Counted from the first letter of the stretch, positions 32,520 to 42,927 are shown. The stretch is DNA of 64,000 bases from Leptolyngbyaceae cyanobacterium (GCA_050331235.1 JBHJHA010000035.1:32001-96000); one strand, 5' to 3'. Program-made: numbers and translations. Notes: generated by a model from the letters alone, not told the origin.

Positions 32520-33464
32520 TCAATCGACCAGACGTACACCAGTAGCCGAGAAAGGGGCTACCCAGAGGTCTAAGTCAGCCGGAGAATACTGAGTCCGCAT
32601 TTTATCGACGATGGCTTCAGCCGTCGTTAAGCTGTTGGTCAAGGTAAACAATGTCGGGCCCGACCCGGACATTAGCGTCCCCAAGCCGCCGCAGGCCGCT
32701 AAAGCGGTTTTGGTCGACTCCACCTCAGGATGGTGGGGCAAGACAACTTTTTCCAGGTCGTTGTGCAAATTTTGAGCAATGGCCGCACCATCGTGTTGAG
32801 CGATGGCCGTCATCATCGGACTTGAGTGCAGATGTTCTCGTCGGGTCTGGCCTGCGACGCTGACGTCTAAATACGTCTCCCCATAGGTCGCACGATAGGT
32901 TTTATAGGCCCAGGGAGTCGAAACAGAGAGCTGAGGTGATTTGGCCAGCACGGCAAACAGATGATCAAGGCTCTGCAGAGTGTCAATCTGCTCGCCTCGC
33001 CCCGTGGCGATCGCGGTGCCGCCGGCAATACAAAAGGGAATATCGGATCCTAGCTCTGCTCCCAAAAGCTGAAGTTCCGTTTGGGTCAGGCCGAGCCCCC
33101 AGAGCAAATCGAGGCCAACGAGGACTGCCGCTGCATTAGCTGATCCACCGGCGAGCCCTGCGCCAACTGGAATCTGCTTGTCAATAATGATATCGACGCC
33201 GCCCTGGGATTTTGTTTCGGCGGGAAAGCGGTCTTGCAGCAGTTGCGCTGCCCGATAGGCGAGATTAGTCTCATTGTCGGGAACTTGCGGATGGGCGCAC
33301 TGTAGGTGAATCCCGTCGCTATTGGCCCGCCGCACAGTGATGTGATCGGCTAACCCAATGCTTTGCATGACCATCACAAGCTCGTGGTAGCCATCGGGGC
33401 GATCGCCCACCACTTCCAAATACAGGTTGATTTTGGCCGCCGCCGATAGGGAATAGGATTGCAT
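32520..33464 (-). CDS. ispE: 4-diphosphocytidyl-2-C-methyl-D-erythritol kinase
   Basis: AKINLYL, DGYHEL, IPVGAGLAGGS, LGSDIPF, MSGSG. Confidence 0.97.
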   Translation of the reverse strand: MQSYSLSAAAKINLYLEVVGDRPDGYHELVMVMQSIGLADHITVRRANSDGIHLQCAHPQVPDNETNLAYRAAQLLQDRFPAETKSQGGVDIIIDKQIPVGAGLAGGSANAAAVLVGLDLLWGLGLTQTELQLLGAELGSDIPFCIAGGTAIATGRGEQIDTLQSLDHLFAVLAKSPQLSVSTPWAYKTYRATYGETYLDVSVAGQTRREHLHSSPMMTAIAQHDGAAIAQNLHNDLEKVVLPHHPEVESTKTALAACGGLGTLMSGSGPTLFTLTNSLTTAEAIVDKMRTQYSPADLDLWVAPFSATGVRLVD

Positions 33465-33520
33465 GATCGGTTCTCATCACTGACTGTAGAGCATTGCCTG
33501 GCAACGATATTTGCCTAGCG

Positions 33521-34363
33521 TTACGTCGAAGGAGTGTCTCCCTTCTCCAGCATCTTATTACTCAATGCCACCCAATCGGTCACGCCTAAATCTTCTGCTC
33601 GCGCCTTGTGCGGGATGCTGAGCTGCTGGAAGGTGTCTAGCACCTGCGATCGCTCCACCAAGGTCGATAGGTTATTGCGCAGCATCTTTCGCTTGCTGGC
33701 AAAGCCCACTTTGAGCAAGCGCTCTAGCCAGGCTGGATCTTGAGCCAGCCGTTCAAACGGTCGTGGTTGCAGGCGGATGACAGCGGAGTCCACCTTGGGA
33801 GGTGGCTGAAAGGCTTGGGACGGCACCTCACAGATTAGGTCACAGGTGGCAAGATACTGCACGCGAATGGTCAGGCCGCTAACGGTTTTGGTGCCTGGGG
33901 CGGCGCAGAGGCGATCGGCAATTTCCCGCTGCACCAGCAATACAATCGACTCAAACGGGTCTGGATTTGGGGCCGAGAGGGTGCCCAATAGACGTTCTAA
34001 AATCGGGCCGGTGATGTAGTAAGGAATGTTAGCCACGACCTTATGGGGGAACGGCTGCGCCGGTGCCAGTGCCAGCAGTCGGTCCCAACCAGCGGCCAAA
34101 ATGTCGCCTTCGATGAGCTGAAAGTTGGGAGTCGCGGCAAATTGCTGCCTCAATCGCTGACACAAATCTCGATCGACCTCAATTGCCGTGACGTGCTCAG
34201 CCAGCGGCAGTAGGCGCTGGGTCAGAATGCCCGTGCCCGGACCAATTTCAAGAACGCGATCGCCCTCTTGCAGGTTCGCCGCTGCCACAATTTGCGACAG
34301 TATCCGCTCGCTTTTCAGCCAGTGTTGGCCAAAGCGTTTGCGGGGTCTTGCAGAAAAAGTCAT
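33521..34363 (-). CDS. rsmA: 16S rRNA adenine dimethyltransferase
   Basis: KRFGQHWL, VLEIGPG, ANIPY, PPPKVDS, KRKML. Confidence 0.96.
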   Translation of the reverse strand: MTFSARPRKRFGQHWLKSERILSQIVAAANLQEGDRVLEIGPGTGILTQRLLPLAEHVTAIEVDRDLCQRLRQQFAATPNFQLIEGDILAAGWDRLLALAPAQPFPHKVVANIPYYITGPILERLLGTLSAPNPDPFESIVLLVQREIADRLCAAPGTKTVSGLTIRVQYLATCDLICEVPSQAFQPPPKVDSAVIRLQPRPFERLAQDPAWLERLLKVGFASKRKMLRNNLSTLVERSQVLDTFQQLSIPHKARAEDLGVTDWVALSNKMLEKGDTPST

Positions 34364-34619
34364 GGGAATTGGCCCTGCCCTCATGGCCCCTGATTTTATC
34401 CTAAGGAGGGTATCCAGAGGGGCCCTGCCCTGCTCTGGACCGCGATGAGTGTCCGCTTAGACTCGGATGGTTGGGCAAGGAGGGTGTCATGTAGTACAAC
34501 CGTTCGCTAAGAAATGTCTCATACGCGACAAGTGTGGTGTGGTGCACAACATTCTTTTAGGAGCTTTGCTAGATTGAATTCCCGGTCTTCGATACCCGCT
34601 TTTGTAGTTATTGTCCGCT

Positions 34620-35636
34620 ATGCAACAGAGCAACTCTCTCGACTTCAAGCTTGTACAGCGGGTGTGTCTACTTCAGCAAGCGTTAGATCAGGCGTTAGCC
34701 TCTTTGGAAGAACTCACTGCTCAGGTAAAGGATAAACATTGGATTGAGACCCAGCTCGCCAGCACAGAAGAATACGCGAACGTGCAACAGCAGGCCATTG
34801 CCCGCTTAAAGCAGCAGCTTGCCCAATTCGCCGATGTGCAAGATCATCTTTTGCGGGTGGTAGGGTTTCAGCTCAATCAGCTGATTGAGCAGCAACAGGT
34901 GACGTTCAGCCAGTTGACGATTCAATTTCAGCAGAGCCATGCTGAGCTTCAGACATATTTGCAATATCTGGGCCAAAATCGCCTAGCTAGTCAGCGACTA
35001 GCGCTTAGCTCAGACGAATATCGCCTGACCCTAGAGGCAGAGATCATGGTGGCGCGGTCAATGGCGGTGCATCTCAGCCAATATCTGGGTTCCGCGAAGA
35101 CCCATCTCGATCATTTAGATGCCGATCTTGATACCCATCATCTCAACTTGGGTCAAATTATTCGCACGATTCAAGCCATGCTTGCCGAGCTGAATACGCT
35201 GGAACGTTCTCCCACTGCGGCCGAGCCAATTGCTTCAGGGGCCGAACTCACGGTGTCTCCGTCCTCAACCGCGATCGCCCCGGCTGAGTCGGAGGCTGAG
35301 GGGGGCCCCAGTGTGGAAGAATTGCAGACGCATGTGCGACGATACCGATGTCGTATTCAAGAATTGCAGGCGGCTTTGCAGAATCAGTTTGAGCAAGATA
35401 CCCAACTGCGCCAACGGTATCAGGCGATCGCCGCTGAGCGCGATTACTATCGCGACGAACTGCAAAAGCTGCAGCAGACACAAGCACTCCCCCCGTCGGT
35501 CAATTCTGGGGAACCGGACGCTGCTGACCTATCGCAGGGCCATAGTCCCAACCCGCTGCGAAGAAGAACGTCGCGCCGTCCCCCCGGCTCCTCTCAGCCC
35601 ATTCAACCTTTACGACTATCTGATGAGGCTAATTAA
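34620..35636 (+). CDS. Hypothetical coiled-coil protein
   Basis: Long Q/L/E-rich heptad pattern; no family recognised. Confidence 0.7.
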   Translation: MQQSNSLDFKLVQRVCLLQQALDQALASLEELTAQVKDKHWIETQLASTEEYANVQQQAIARLKQQLAQFADVQDHLLRVVGFQLNQLIEQQQVTFSQLTIQFQQSHAELQTYLQYLGQNRLASQRLALSSDEYRLTLEAEIMVARSMAVHLSQYLGSAKTHLDHLDADLDTHHLNLGQIIRTIQAMLAELNTLERSPTAAEPIASGAELTVSPSSTAIAPAESEAEGGPSVEELQTHVRRYRCRIQELQAALQNQFEQDTQLRQRYQAIAAERDYYRDELQKLQQTQALPPSVNSGEPDAADLSQGHSPNPLRRRTSRRPPGSSQPIQPLRLSDEAN

Positions 35637-37759
35637 GCTGTTTCTACCGTGGCGGTTGGGGGCATCGGGAGCGTTTCCGCTAAGTCAACCAGGGTCAACA
35701 GAGGCCCAGCCTGCTCTTGGCCATTGACAGCGAGATCGCTGTGACAAAGCACGACTTGCTCGGTGGCCCGCCCTAATAAATCCCGCAAAATCCTTTCCAG
35801 CCGAGCTTCATGGCTTTGCTCAATAAAGTCCACAGTCCACGGCTGCCCCTGCCACTGTTGGAGGAAAAGGGGATAGCCAAATAAGGCATCAGTACCAGTT
35901 AGCCACCGGGGTGAGCTGGCATCAAGCCAAAACTGCCAGCGATGACAGAGCCGCTGTGATCGGTATTGAAAGACGGTTGATAGGGTAACGCCCTGTTGGT
36001 CAGGCTCCAGCGGTTTCACCGGAAACGGATTGGCCGTTACGATGCCCTGCAGCAGTAGCTGTAAAAATCGCGCCACTGGGGAACAGCCGGTGGGTAAGCC
36101 TCCATCGATCCACTGCTGCTGCTGGAGTCGGCCCTGCACTTCCCAAAAGTGCTGAGCCGTTTCCATCAGTTCACGAAAGGCGGAGAGTTGGTCGTAGGGC
36201 AAGTAGTTGCCGCGCCACAGAAAGGCCTGAATTGCTCGGTCAATCAAGCTCACGGGGTTGGTGATAATCCGCTGCTGTCGCGCTTGGCGCTGCTGGGCAA
36301 TCCATGCCTTCAGGGCATTGTAGGCATCAACCGCTTGGAAGCCCAACCGATCCCAGCGGGGAAATTCGGTGACGGGCAATAACTCTGGCCGTTGGAGATC
36401 GGGCTGAAAGCAATGGTCAACAATCAGCTCAGCTCGCACTGGATCAATCTTGACTCGGTCAAACCAGGAGCTATCGGCACCCCCCTCTGGAGATTGACTG
36501 AGCACGACCAGCATCTCGGCGACGGCATCAGGATCGAGAAATCGGCCCAAGTCAGGATAGATGAACGGTATCAGCGAAAGCACCGCGCGGATGAGCGGAG
36601 TGCTGACTAAGGGGCGCTGATCATTTAAGGAAACAACGGGAATGCCTTGCTTTTGGAGAATTTCGGCCAGGGTGTAGCGGGCGATCGCATCGAAGCCAGG
36701 ACCAATGACGGCAATTTCCCCCGGTGGCACCTGCCGCTCCTGAATGGCAACGGCGATCGCCTCGGCGGTTTGTCGCAATAGCTCTCCCCGAGACGTCGCT
36801 CGCACGAGCCGAACTGCCTCAAGCGAAGCGGGAACGGCAATGGGATCTAGGGCCATCGTTACCATTGACTCAGCCCAGATCGCCCCTAGGGAATCTGCCG
36901 CCGTGGTCGAAAGGGTTTCGATACTGGCTGCCCTAGCTCGGAGTTGGCCTAAGGCTTCAGGGTCAGCGCCTACGCCCAGACGAACTTTACCAAAGGGATT
37001 CCACGTAACGGCCAGCGGTAGTGTCCAAGCCGCCGCTTGACGGAGCAAATCACCAAACATGGCCGGATATTCATCCAGATCGTCTACTAAAATTCCTGCA
37101 AAGCGCTGGCGAAACTTGGCTTGATAGAGGGGATCGGGCAGCAGGTGTCGCCAGTAGAGTTCGGTGGCGATGCCATAGGTCAAAAATCCTTGGCTGAGGC
37201 ACCAATCGCGCCAGTTGACCACAGCGGTGGCAATAGCAGACCAAACTTCTAGGGGCGCAATGCCGCCAGGCATACCGTCGGCCAACAGTGTTGGTAACGC
37301 TTCTGTGGGGGTGCCGCTGGTGGCGGCCAACTGTAAAAAATCGAGCGATCGCCGGACGAGTTGCGTTTCTGTCCAACCTGGCACCTCAAGACGGCCTGCA
37401 TCCAAATCAGAACGCCAATATTGGGTGGCGAGCTCCTGCTCGTTTTCGGGCCGCAGCTTCATCGGAAACTGGGGACTAAGGCCAATTTTTTGCACCAACA
37501 GCGGCCAAAACAGCGTAACTTCGTTTTGAATGAAGCCGGACGGAGTGGTCGTCGTGACGGGAGTGGTCGCGGGCAACGAGTCTACGAGCCGATCAGCTAA
37601 CCCAAGCCGATTATCCCCGTTGGCGGCAAACAATAAAAAGACTGCTGCCGCAAGCCCCGGGGCGGGAGCGGTCGCCTGTTCCGCGAGATAGCCGAGCAGG
37701 CGTGTCGTCTTGCCGCAGCGGGTGCCGCCTTCGATCCAGGTCAAAGTGTCCATGCTCAT
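35633..37759 (-). CDS. P-loop protein, degenerate UvrD/SF1-helicase-like
   Basis: GGTRCGKT Walker A, ILVDDLDE Walker B-like, EIAVI motif. Confidence 0.7.
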   Translation of the reverse strand: MSMDTLTWIEGGTRCGKTTRLLGYLAEQATAPAPGLAAAVFLLFAANGDNRLGLADRLVDSLPATTPVTTTTPSGFIQNEVTLFWPLLVQKIGLSPQFPMKLRPENEQELATQYWRSDLDAGRLEVPGWTETQLVRRSLDFLQLAATSGTPTEALPTLLADGMPGGIAPLEVWSAIATAVVNWRDWCLSQGFLTYGIATELYWRHLLPDPLYQAKFRQRFAGILVDDLDEYPAMFGDLLRQAAAWTLPLAVTWNPFGKVRLGVGADPEALGQLRARAASIETLSTTAADSLGAIWAESMVTMALDPIAVPASLEAVRLVRATSRGELLRQTAEAIAVAIQERQVPPGEIAVIGPGFDAIARYTLAEILQKQGIPVVSLNDQRPLVSTPLIRAVLSLIPFIYPDLGRFLDPDAVAEMLVVLSQSPEGGADSSWFDRVKIDPVRAELIVDHCFQPDLQRPELLPVTEFPRWDRLGFQAVDAYNALKAWIAQQRQARQQRIITNPVSLIDRAIQAFLWRGNYLPYDQLSAFRELMETAQHFWEVQGRLQQQQWIDGGLPTGCSPVARFLQLLLQGIVTANPFPVKPLEPDQQGVTLSTVFQYRSQRLCHRWQFWLDASSPRWLTGTDALFGYPLFLQQWQGQPWTVDFIEQSHEARLERILRDLLGRATEQVVLCHSDLAVNGQEQAGPLLTLVDLAETLPMPPTATVETA

Positions 37760-37826
37760 AGCCCAAGCTTATCGCACTTGACTAAAGCCAAAAGTAGCTT
37801 GGTTGCAGGCCGGGGCCATCGTTGAA

Positions 37827-38273
37827 CTATTTGACGGTGACGGTAATCGGTTCAGAAATCACCGTGGGGTGGTGGGGCACATGCACATAGTTGGCGAGCA
37901 GTAGTTGCAATGTATGCTCTCCGGGCCCGAGGGTCAACGTCGTTTCCGTTTGCCCACCGCCAAAGTGGCGGATATGCTCCGTTGCCGGCAAAGAAGCCTG
38001 GAGATCAGGCAGTTCCTCTAAATCGATCAGGAGATGATGGTGGCCGGTGCCGGATTTATCCACACCGGCAGGAGCAACGCCCATGGCTTTGAGGCCAAAT
38101 TTGACGGCAAACGGACTGGTGACAGTATCCCCGTTTTTCGGTGTAATCAGATAGACTTCAGCCTCTGGTGGTGCGGGGGAACTGTAGTCATCGGCGAGGG
38201 TTGGAGTGGCCCATCCGAAAAAACTCGCCAATACGATAAACAACCCAGTGCCAAACGCGATCGCCCGTTGCAT
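37827..38273 (-). CDS. DUF4399 family secreted protein
   Basis: Signal peptide, GHHHLLID, HFGGGQTE, PGEHTLQL. Confidence 0.85.
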   Translation of the reverse strand: MQRAIAFGTGLFIVLASFFGWATPTLADDYSSPAPPEAEVYLITPKNGDTVTSPFAVKFGLKAMGVAPAGVDKSGTGHHHLLIDLEELPDLQASLPATEHIRHFGGGQTETTLTLGPGEHTLQLLLANYVHVPHHPTVISEPITVTVK

Positions 38274-38358
38274 GGTGCTTCTCCTAAAAATGTTGCATCT
38301 CTTAACACACTGTACCAGTCCTGCCAGAGTGCTTTCAGTCGGTCAATAGTCCCGTTTA

Positions 38359-38472
38359 ATACTATTTCTGTGAGTCACGACGACATATAGATTCTTCAAA
38401 GCCCCTTTTTCAAGGGGGCAGCGACAGCAGGGGATCTTCAAATCTGTAGCGCTCTTACAGAGAATTGGTCTT
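38359..38472. repeat. MITE-like dispersed repeat, copy 1
   Basis: Core 38375-38451 matches the reverse complement of 51520-51595 with 7 mismatches and 1 indel over 77 nt; internal GCCCCTTTTTCAAGGGGGC hairpin. Confidence 0.85.
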
Positions 38473-38491
38473 AGTCGCACAATCTGCACTG

Positions 38492-38962
38492 TTAGCGAAT
38501 GGATCCCTTAGCAACCGAGCACGCATACAACTTGACCCCGAGAACCACATCATCGTTGAACTCGACAAACTGTTGCGGTGGCGCATTAACTTTGTGGATG
38601 GCGTAATCACGGTTGTTGTCTTCTGCGACAAATCCAATCTGTACGTAGCACTGGCCACCACCGACCCCCCAGTGGTCATAATCAAAGGTGCCATTCAGGG
38701 GGGGCTCCTCTGGCCAGTTGCCAAATCCTTCGGGCCGAACGCCGGAATTCACATCGGGGGGATATTGAGCATTTTCAACGTGATACATTTGGGCCTCGGT
38801 GACCATCGTGCCCATTGCTTGCTTAACATCGGCGTAGCGAGCCCGGCGCACCATTGAAGCATAGGCCGGGTAGGCAAAGGCGGCCAAGATACTAATGATG
38901 ACAATGACGACCAGCAGCTCAATGAACGTGAAACCTTGCGGGTGCTCAAGGCGCGTTTTCAT
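38492..38962 (-). CDS. Type IV pilin-like protein
   Basis: QG|FTFIELLVVIVIISILAAFAYP class III signal with E5; two Cys; GGAG RBS before ATG 38962. Confidence 0.88.
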   Translation of the reverse strand: MKTRLEHPQGFTFIELLVVIVIISILAAFAYPAYASMVRRARYADVKQAMGTMVTEAQMYHVENAQYPPDVNSGVRPEGFGNWPEEPPLNGTFDYDHWGVGGGQCYVQIGFVAEDNNRDYAIHKVNAPPQQFVEFNDDVVLGVKLYACSVAKGSIR

Positions 38963-39291
38963 TTTTATGAAGCTCCAATAAGTGACAATAGCGTTTCCTG
39001 GCTGGTTGGGCTCGTGACAACGGTCGGATAGCTTGTTTGTCTGCTTGAATCGCATTTAGACCCCAGAGTCGGTAAATCGTCGATGGATAAACGAAACACC
39101 TCAGCGGTGATGCCCGTTCGTGTTTTTACGGACATTTCGCTATTCCAAAGGCAACTACGCCAGCAGTAGATCTGAAGCAAACTTTGCCAACGCTACATAA
39201 ATGCCGGACTGGGCTTTATATTTTCTTGATGAATCGCTAATGAGCTTTCATCAACAGTACGGATGTCGTCTCGTAATGGTGGGGCTAAGCC

Positions 39292-39852
39292 TTATCTGGT
39301 CTCGCACACAGCTTGATATAGCTGACCGTAGGCGATCACCAAATCATCTAACTGGTAGTGTGCGTTCAGGCCGCTGGGGTTGGGCAGCACCCACAGTTGG
39401 GTATCACCAATGGTTTGGGACTGGTAGCCGATTTGGGCCTGACGCTGGGCAAAGGCCGTACGGTAGGCGGTAATGCCTAGGATGGCCAACCACCGAGGAC
39501 GATGTGTCTCAACCTTGGTGATGAGTTCGGTTTTACCTTGCTCTAGCTCTGGTCGGGCCAGTTCATCGGCGCGGGCGGTAGCCCTAGCCACAATATTGGT
39601 CATGCCGTATCCATACGTCAGCAGAGTCTGGTCTTCTGCAGGGCGCAGGATGCGCTCGGTAAAGCCAGCGTAGTGCAACGTTTTCCAGAGGCGGTTGCCC
39701 GGTCGGGCAAAATGATGGCCGACCGCCGCACTGTAAATGCTGGCGTTGATACCGCAAAACAAGACCTGTAACTCTGGCCCCACGATGTCGGGCACGGTTT
39801 GGTGATAAGCGGCCTGCAAATCCGCTTTACTAGGCTTTTGGGGAAGACTCAT
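39292..39852 (-). CDS. mug: G/U mismatch-specific DNA glycosylase (UDG family 2)
   Basis: VLFCGIN, HHFARPGNRLW, TNIVARATARADEL, LPNPSGLN. Confidence 0.9.
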   Translation of the reverse strand: MSLPQKPSKADLQAAYHQTVPDIVGPELQVLFCGINASIYSAAVGHHFARPGNRLWKTLHYAGFTERILRPAEDQTLLTYGYGMTNIVARATARADELARPELEQGKTELITKVETHRPRWLAILGITAYRTAFAQRQAQIGYQSQTIGDTQLWVLPNPSGLNAHYQLDDLVIAYGQLYQAVCETR

Positions 39853-40246
39853 GGCACTGTGAGAACACTGGTTTTGCGGCAAGGAACGATCGCGCTTGAA
39901 AATAACCGGCGCTGAGCGCTCGTACTGAGCCAAAGGGCTTTCAAACATCGGGGAGTTGGGGCTATTGGAATGTCTTCCTCAACCCGCGTGAGGCTGCTGT
40001 CGTCCTCAGTTTTCATGGTGTCGTTGTCACAAGAGGCGCGGCCGACCTTATATTGTGGGGCATCCATTAGGGCTGTGAACTCTGGTCAGGTGGCTGTGAC
40101 CCGAGGGTCGGTTTGAAGTTGCGAGGTCGATAAGGGCATGGCTAGATGCTCGTGATTGCCAACTGGGCACTTGACTTGAGTGTAGTTAGGACCGGTGAGA
40201 GGAGCAGCCTATCCTGGTCCTGAAGTATGAAGCCCACAGCTTGAGG

Positions 40247-41311
40247 CTACAGTCCGGACGATCGCACCCGATAGGGAATTTCCTCGATGGGTAGGTTTTC
40301 GGTATTCCAGTCGCTGTAGTGCAACTGCAAGCGTTGCTCGCCGCGGTAGTCGACCAGGCGACCGCCATACTTATCGGCCTCCGTGCCCAAGCTTTGGATG
40401 CGAATTTTGCCATTGAAGACGGTGGCGCGGGCGAGGTAGATCACCAGATCGTCGCGAGAGGGACGATTAATCGTGGTGCTGGCGGTGAGGTGTGCCAGTC
40501 CCCGTTCGTCCATTTCTTGGGAGACTGCCATCGCCGTATCACGAATGCCCCGCACTGCTACTAAAACAGAGGCGATCGCCATCGTGATATCAACGCCATC
40601 TTCCGTCAAAATTTGATGGTTGGATAGGTAGTGAAAGTTGCGCTCCCGCAGATCATGGCGAATGCGGCGATGAATCAGGTTGTTGGGGTCATAGTGGGTG
40701 AGCGCTCCAACAATCGCCCCACAGGCGGCTCGGGGTTCCCGCCAGGGAGACTCCCGCGTTTTGCCGTAAACCTGTTGACCATTTTCGCGCAGGCGACCCA
40801 CATGGGTTTTGAGATCGATCGCCACCAGCGAAATCGATTGGGAGTTGCCCTCATACACTCGGCGCTTGAGGTTTTCGTCGAGTTCGTGGGCGACGGTGAC
40901 ATGGGCCAAGGTCGCGCCGTTATCGGTGCCACCTCCAGCGGGGAAAAAGGCTTCCAGTTTCAGCTCGCCAATTTCTGACAGGGTGGCAAACCGCGCAGCG
41001 ACGACATCGCGATAGCGTTTGGTGGCCTCACCTTGGTGCACGCGATCGCCGCAGTTGGTATAGGCTAGCGTCGTGACCACGCTGGGCAAACTCATGTCAG
41101 CGCCACAGGCTTTCATATCGGTTTCGCTGGCAGCGGCAAATTGCAGCTCATCTCGCAAAATCTGTAGTCCGTTAATCAGTGCGTAGCGATCGCTGACCAG
41201 TTCATTGAGATAGTTGTGGTAGGCGTTGCGCTCCATGCCAAAGCTGGCACCGAGCTGCCAAAACCGCTGCACTCGCGCCTCTGTGGGTGCAGCATCAAAG
41301 GGCATAGACAT
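40247..41311 (-). CDS. Hypothetical protein, candidate LCIB/theta-carbonic-anhydrase-like metalloprotein
   Basis: Real CDS (GGAG RBS, long ORF); TNCGD...FPAGG...THVG...ACGA motifs in LCIB order; function inferred. Confidence 0.6.
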   Translation of the reverse strand: MSMPFDAAPTEARVQRFWQLGASFGMERNAYHNYLNELVSDRYALINGLQILRDELQFAAASETDMKACGADMSLPSVVTTLAYTNCGDRVHQGEATKRYRDVVAARFATLSEIGELKLEAFFPAGGGTDNGATLAHVTVAHELDENLKRRVYEGNSQSISLVAIDLKTHVGRLRENGQQVYGKTRESPWREPRAACGAIVGALTHYDPNNLIHRRIRHDLRERNFHYLSNHQILTEDGVDITMAIASVLVAVRGIRDTAMAVSQEMDERGLAHLTASTTINRPSRDDLVIYLARATVFNGKIRIQSLGTEADKYGGRLVDYRGEQRLQLHYSDWNTENLPIEEIPYRVRSSGL

Positions 41312-41468
41312 GAGGTCTCCCCCGCCATCGAGCAAATGGTCGCCTTAATCATGCCACTGAAATGAGCCATGTCGCCATGGTGTGACCCGAGTTGGGCGCT
41401 TCCCCACGGAGCTGTAAACCTGGGGGCAGAATAAGCTTGAAACTAGAAAAGTGGGGCGGGCGATCGCA

Positions 41469-41813
41469 TCAGATCTGCAAGCGCCCCGTGGCAAAGAGAC
41501 GATAGCCGAAGGACATGGCGATCATCGCGACGAAAAATTGCCATAGGCTCGTCGGGTTGAGGATAGCGCGGCTGCTGATAAAAATGCAGACGATGCCCCC
41601 CGCAACAAAGACCCAACCGAGTTGCTTCATAAAGCCCAATGGCATAAACACCAGCAGAAAAATGCCAGCACAGAGCAAAAAAATGGAGGCATCGGCGGCG
41701 ATACCCCGCCACCAGTAAGGGCTGACGTTAGTGGTGAAGAAGATGTTTTTGCCCAGAAAATAGATGCCCAACAGCATCAATGCCAGACCGATTAATTGAA
41801 TTAGAAGTCTCAT
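41469..41813 (-). CDS. Small 4-TM membrane protein
   Basis: Four hydrophobic segments; no family recognised. Confidence 0.7.
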   Translation of the reverse strand: MRLLIQLIGLALMLLGIYFLGKNIFFTTNVSPYWWRGIAADASIFLLCAGIFLLVFMPLGFMKQLGWVFVAGGIVCIFISSRAILNPTSLWQFFVAMIAMSFGYRLFATGRLQI

Positions 41814-41862
41814 TATGATTAAAAACGTGCGCTGAGTGGCTAGAAAATCATGCAAAGTGCCT

Positions 41863-42447
41863 TTAAGGCTGTGAAGGCGCTTCGAAGCTGCGAAACTGCT
41901 TGGCGATCAGCCAAGGAACACCGATGCCAATGATCAGGTTGCCCAAGAGCCAGAGCAAAGATAGCGAACTCCCAAAGCCATGAATGTAGAATCCACGACG
42001 GGTTGAGGAGAGCAGTGCATCCCAAAGCAGGTGAGCGCTGATGCCGACAGACAGCCCAATGGCGCAATCGCGCAGTAGATTGACCAGATCTCTTTGGAAC
42101 TGAGGGATTGAAGTCTTTTGGCTGAGCCAGAGCCAGATACCCAGCATCCCCATGGGAATGAGAACCGAATGGAACAGCCAGCTACGATGAATCAGCCATC
42201 TCAAGCCAGTGATTTTGTAAAGGGGAATATCCCAATCGGGAAAAGCCATATAAAAGAAGGTATGGCTCAATACTGGCAAACCTAACTTGCGGAAAAAGAA
42301 TAGCCCACTTGCTCCCCAGACCAGCATGATCAGAAAGGCGATTGGGTTGATCGTGCGGGCAGCGGAGCGGCTGTAGCGCTCTAGCAGCCACCAGAACGCT
42401 ATCCCAACGGCAAGACCAATTGCAAAGTGCAGAAGTTTATCGACCAA
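41863..42447 (-). CDS. Membrane metal-dependent hydrolase (YdjM-like)
   Basis: FPDWD, HRSWLFHS and SAHLLWD match the PDxD / HRxxxHS / HLLxD pattern. Confidence 0.65.
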   Translation of the reverse strand: MVDKLLHFAIGLAVGIAFWWLLERYSRSAARTINPIAFLIMLVWGASGLFFFRKLGLPVLSHTFFYMAFPDWDIPLYKITGLRWLIHRSWLFHSVLIPMGMLGIWLWLSQKTSIPQFQRDLVNLLRDCAIGLSVGISAHLLWDALLSSTRRGFYIHGFGSSLSLLWLLGNLIIGIGVPWLIAKQFRSFEAPSQP

Positions 42448-42578
42448 TGGACCTCATGGAGTCATCAAAAGCTTTTGTAAGCCTTTGAATTAATACAGTT
42501 TACTGCTCAGGATTTCCGAAAATCACGGGGCAAATACTTGACCAATATATTTCGGCGACAAACAGATCCGGGTTGAGT

Positions 42579-42632
42579 GGTGCATGAGCTTCGCTGTTGG
42601 CGGAGCCGCGCCGCTGGTGCTGTGCACCCTAC
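42579..42632 (-). repeat. REP-like palindromic element
   Basis: Minus strand GTAG-GGTGCA...TGCACC with an inner GGCG/CGCC stem; single copy in the window. Confidence 0.4.
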
Positions 42633-42735
42633 GGCCCTCGCGATCGCCCGGTACAACCGTATCTATTGATTTGTTGATGAAAGGGCACTCTTCAGATTTG
42701 TAAGGGAGTTGGAGGGGCGATCTCGATACCGTTAT

Positions 42736-42927
42736 TTAGGGTTTTAGAGAGCATTGTTGACGAGTGATCAGCAATGCCAAAACGGTGTAGAACATCGCGT
42801 AGTAGAACCGGTTGATGGCCCCTTTGTAGAATTTGCTTTGTAGCAGAAGTTGGCCCTCATACAGAGCATCTCTGGCCTGTTGCAAGCGCGAGTTTACCAA
42901 GACTTGAATATCGTCTGGCTGAGTCAT
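42736..42927 (-). pseudogene. Truncated HEPN-domain toxin (MNT-HEPN type), N-terminal half only
   Basis: RLQQARDAL...AINRFYYAMFYTVLALL is a typical HEPN N-terminus; ends at 63 aa. Confidence 0.75.

Noticed and set aside
39849..40067. 72-aa ORF overlapping the mug start (ATGA)
   Set aside because: No motif or clear RBS; cannot be told from chance or from an extended mug N-terminus
40070..40235. SRP RNA suggested by GTGAACTCTGGTCAGG and AGGACCGG...AGCAGCC
   Set aside because: The pieces are about 100 nt apart and the GGAA tetraloop helix is not formed; more simply a hairpin after the upstream gene
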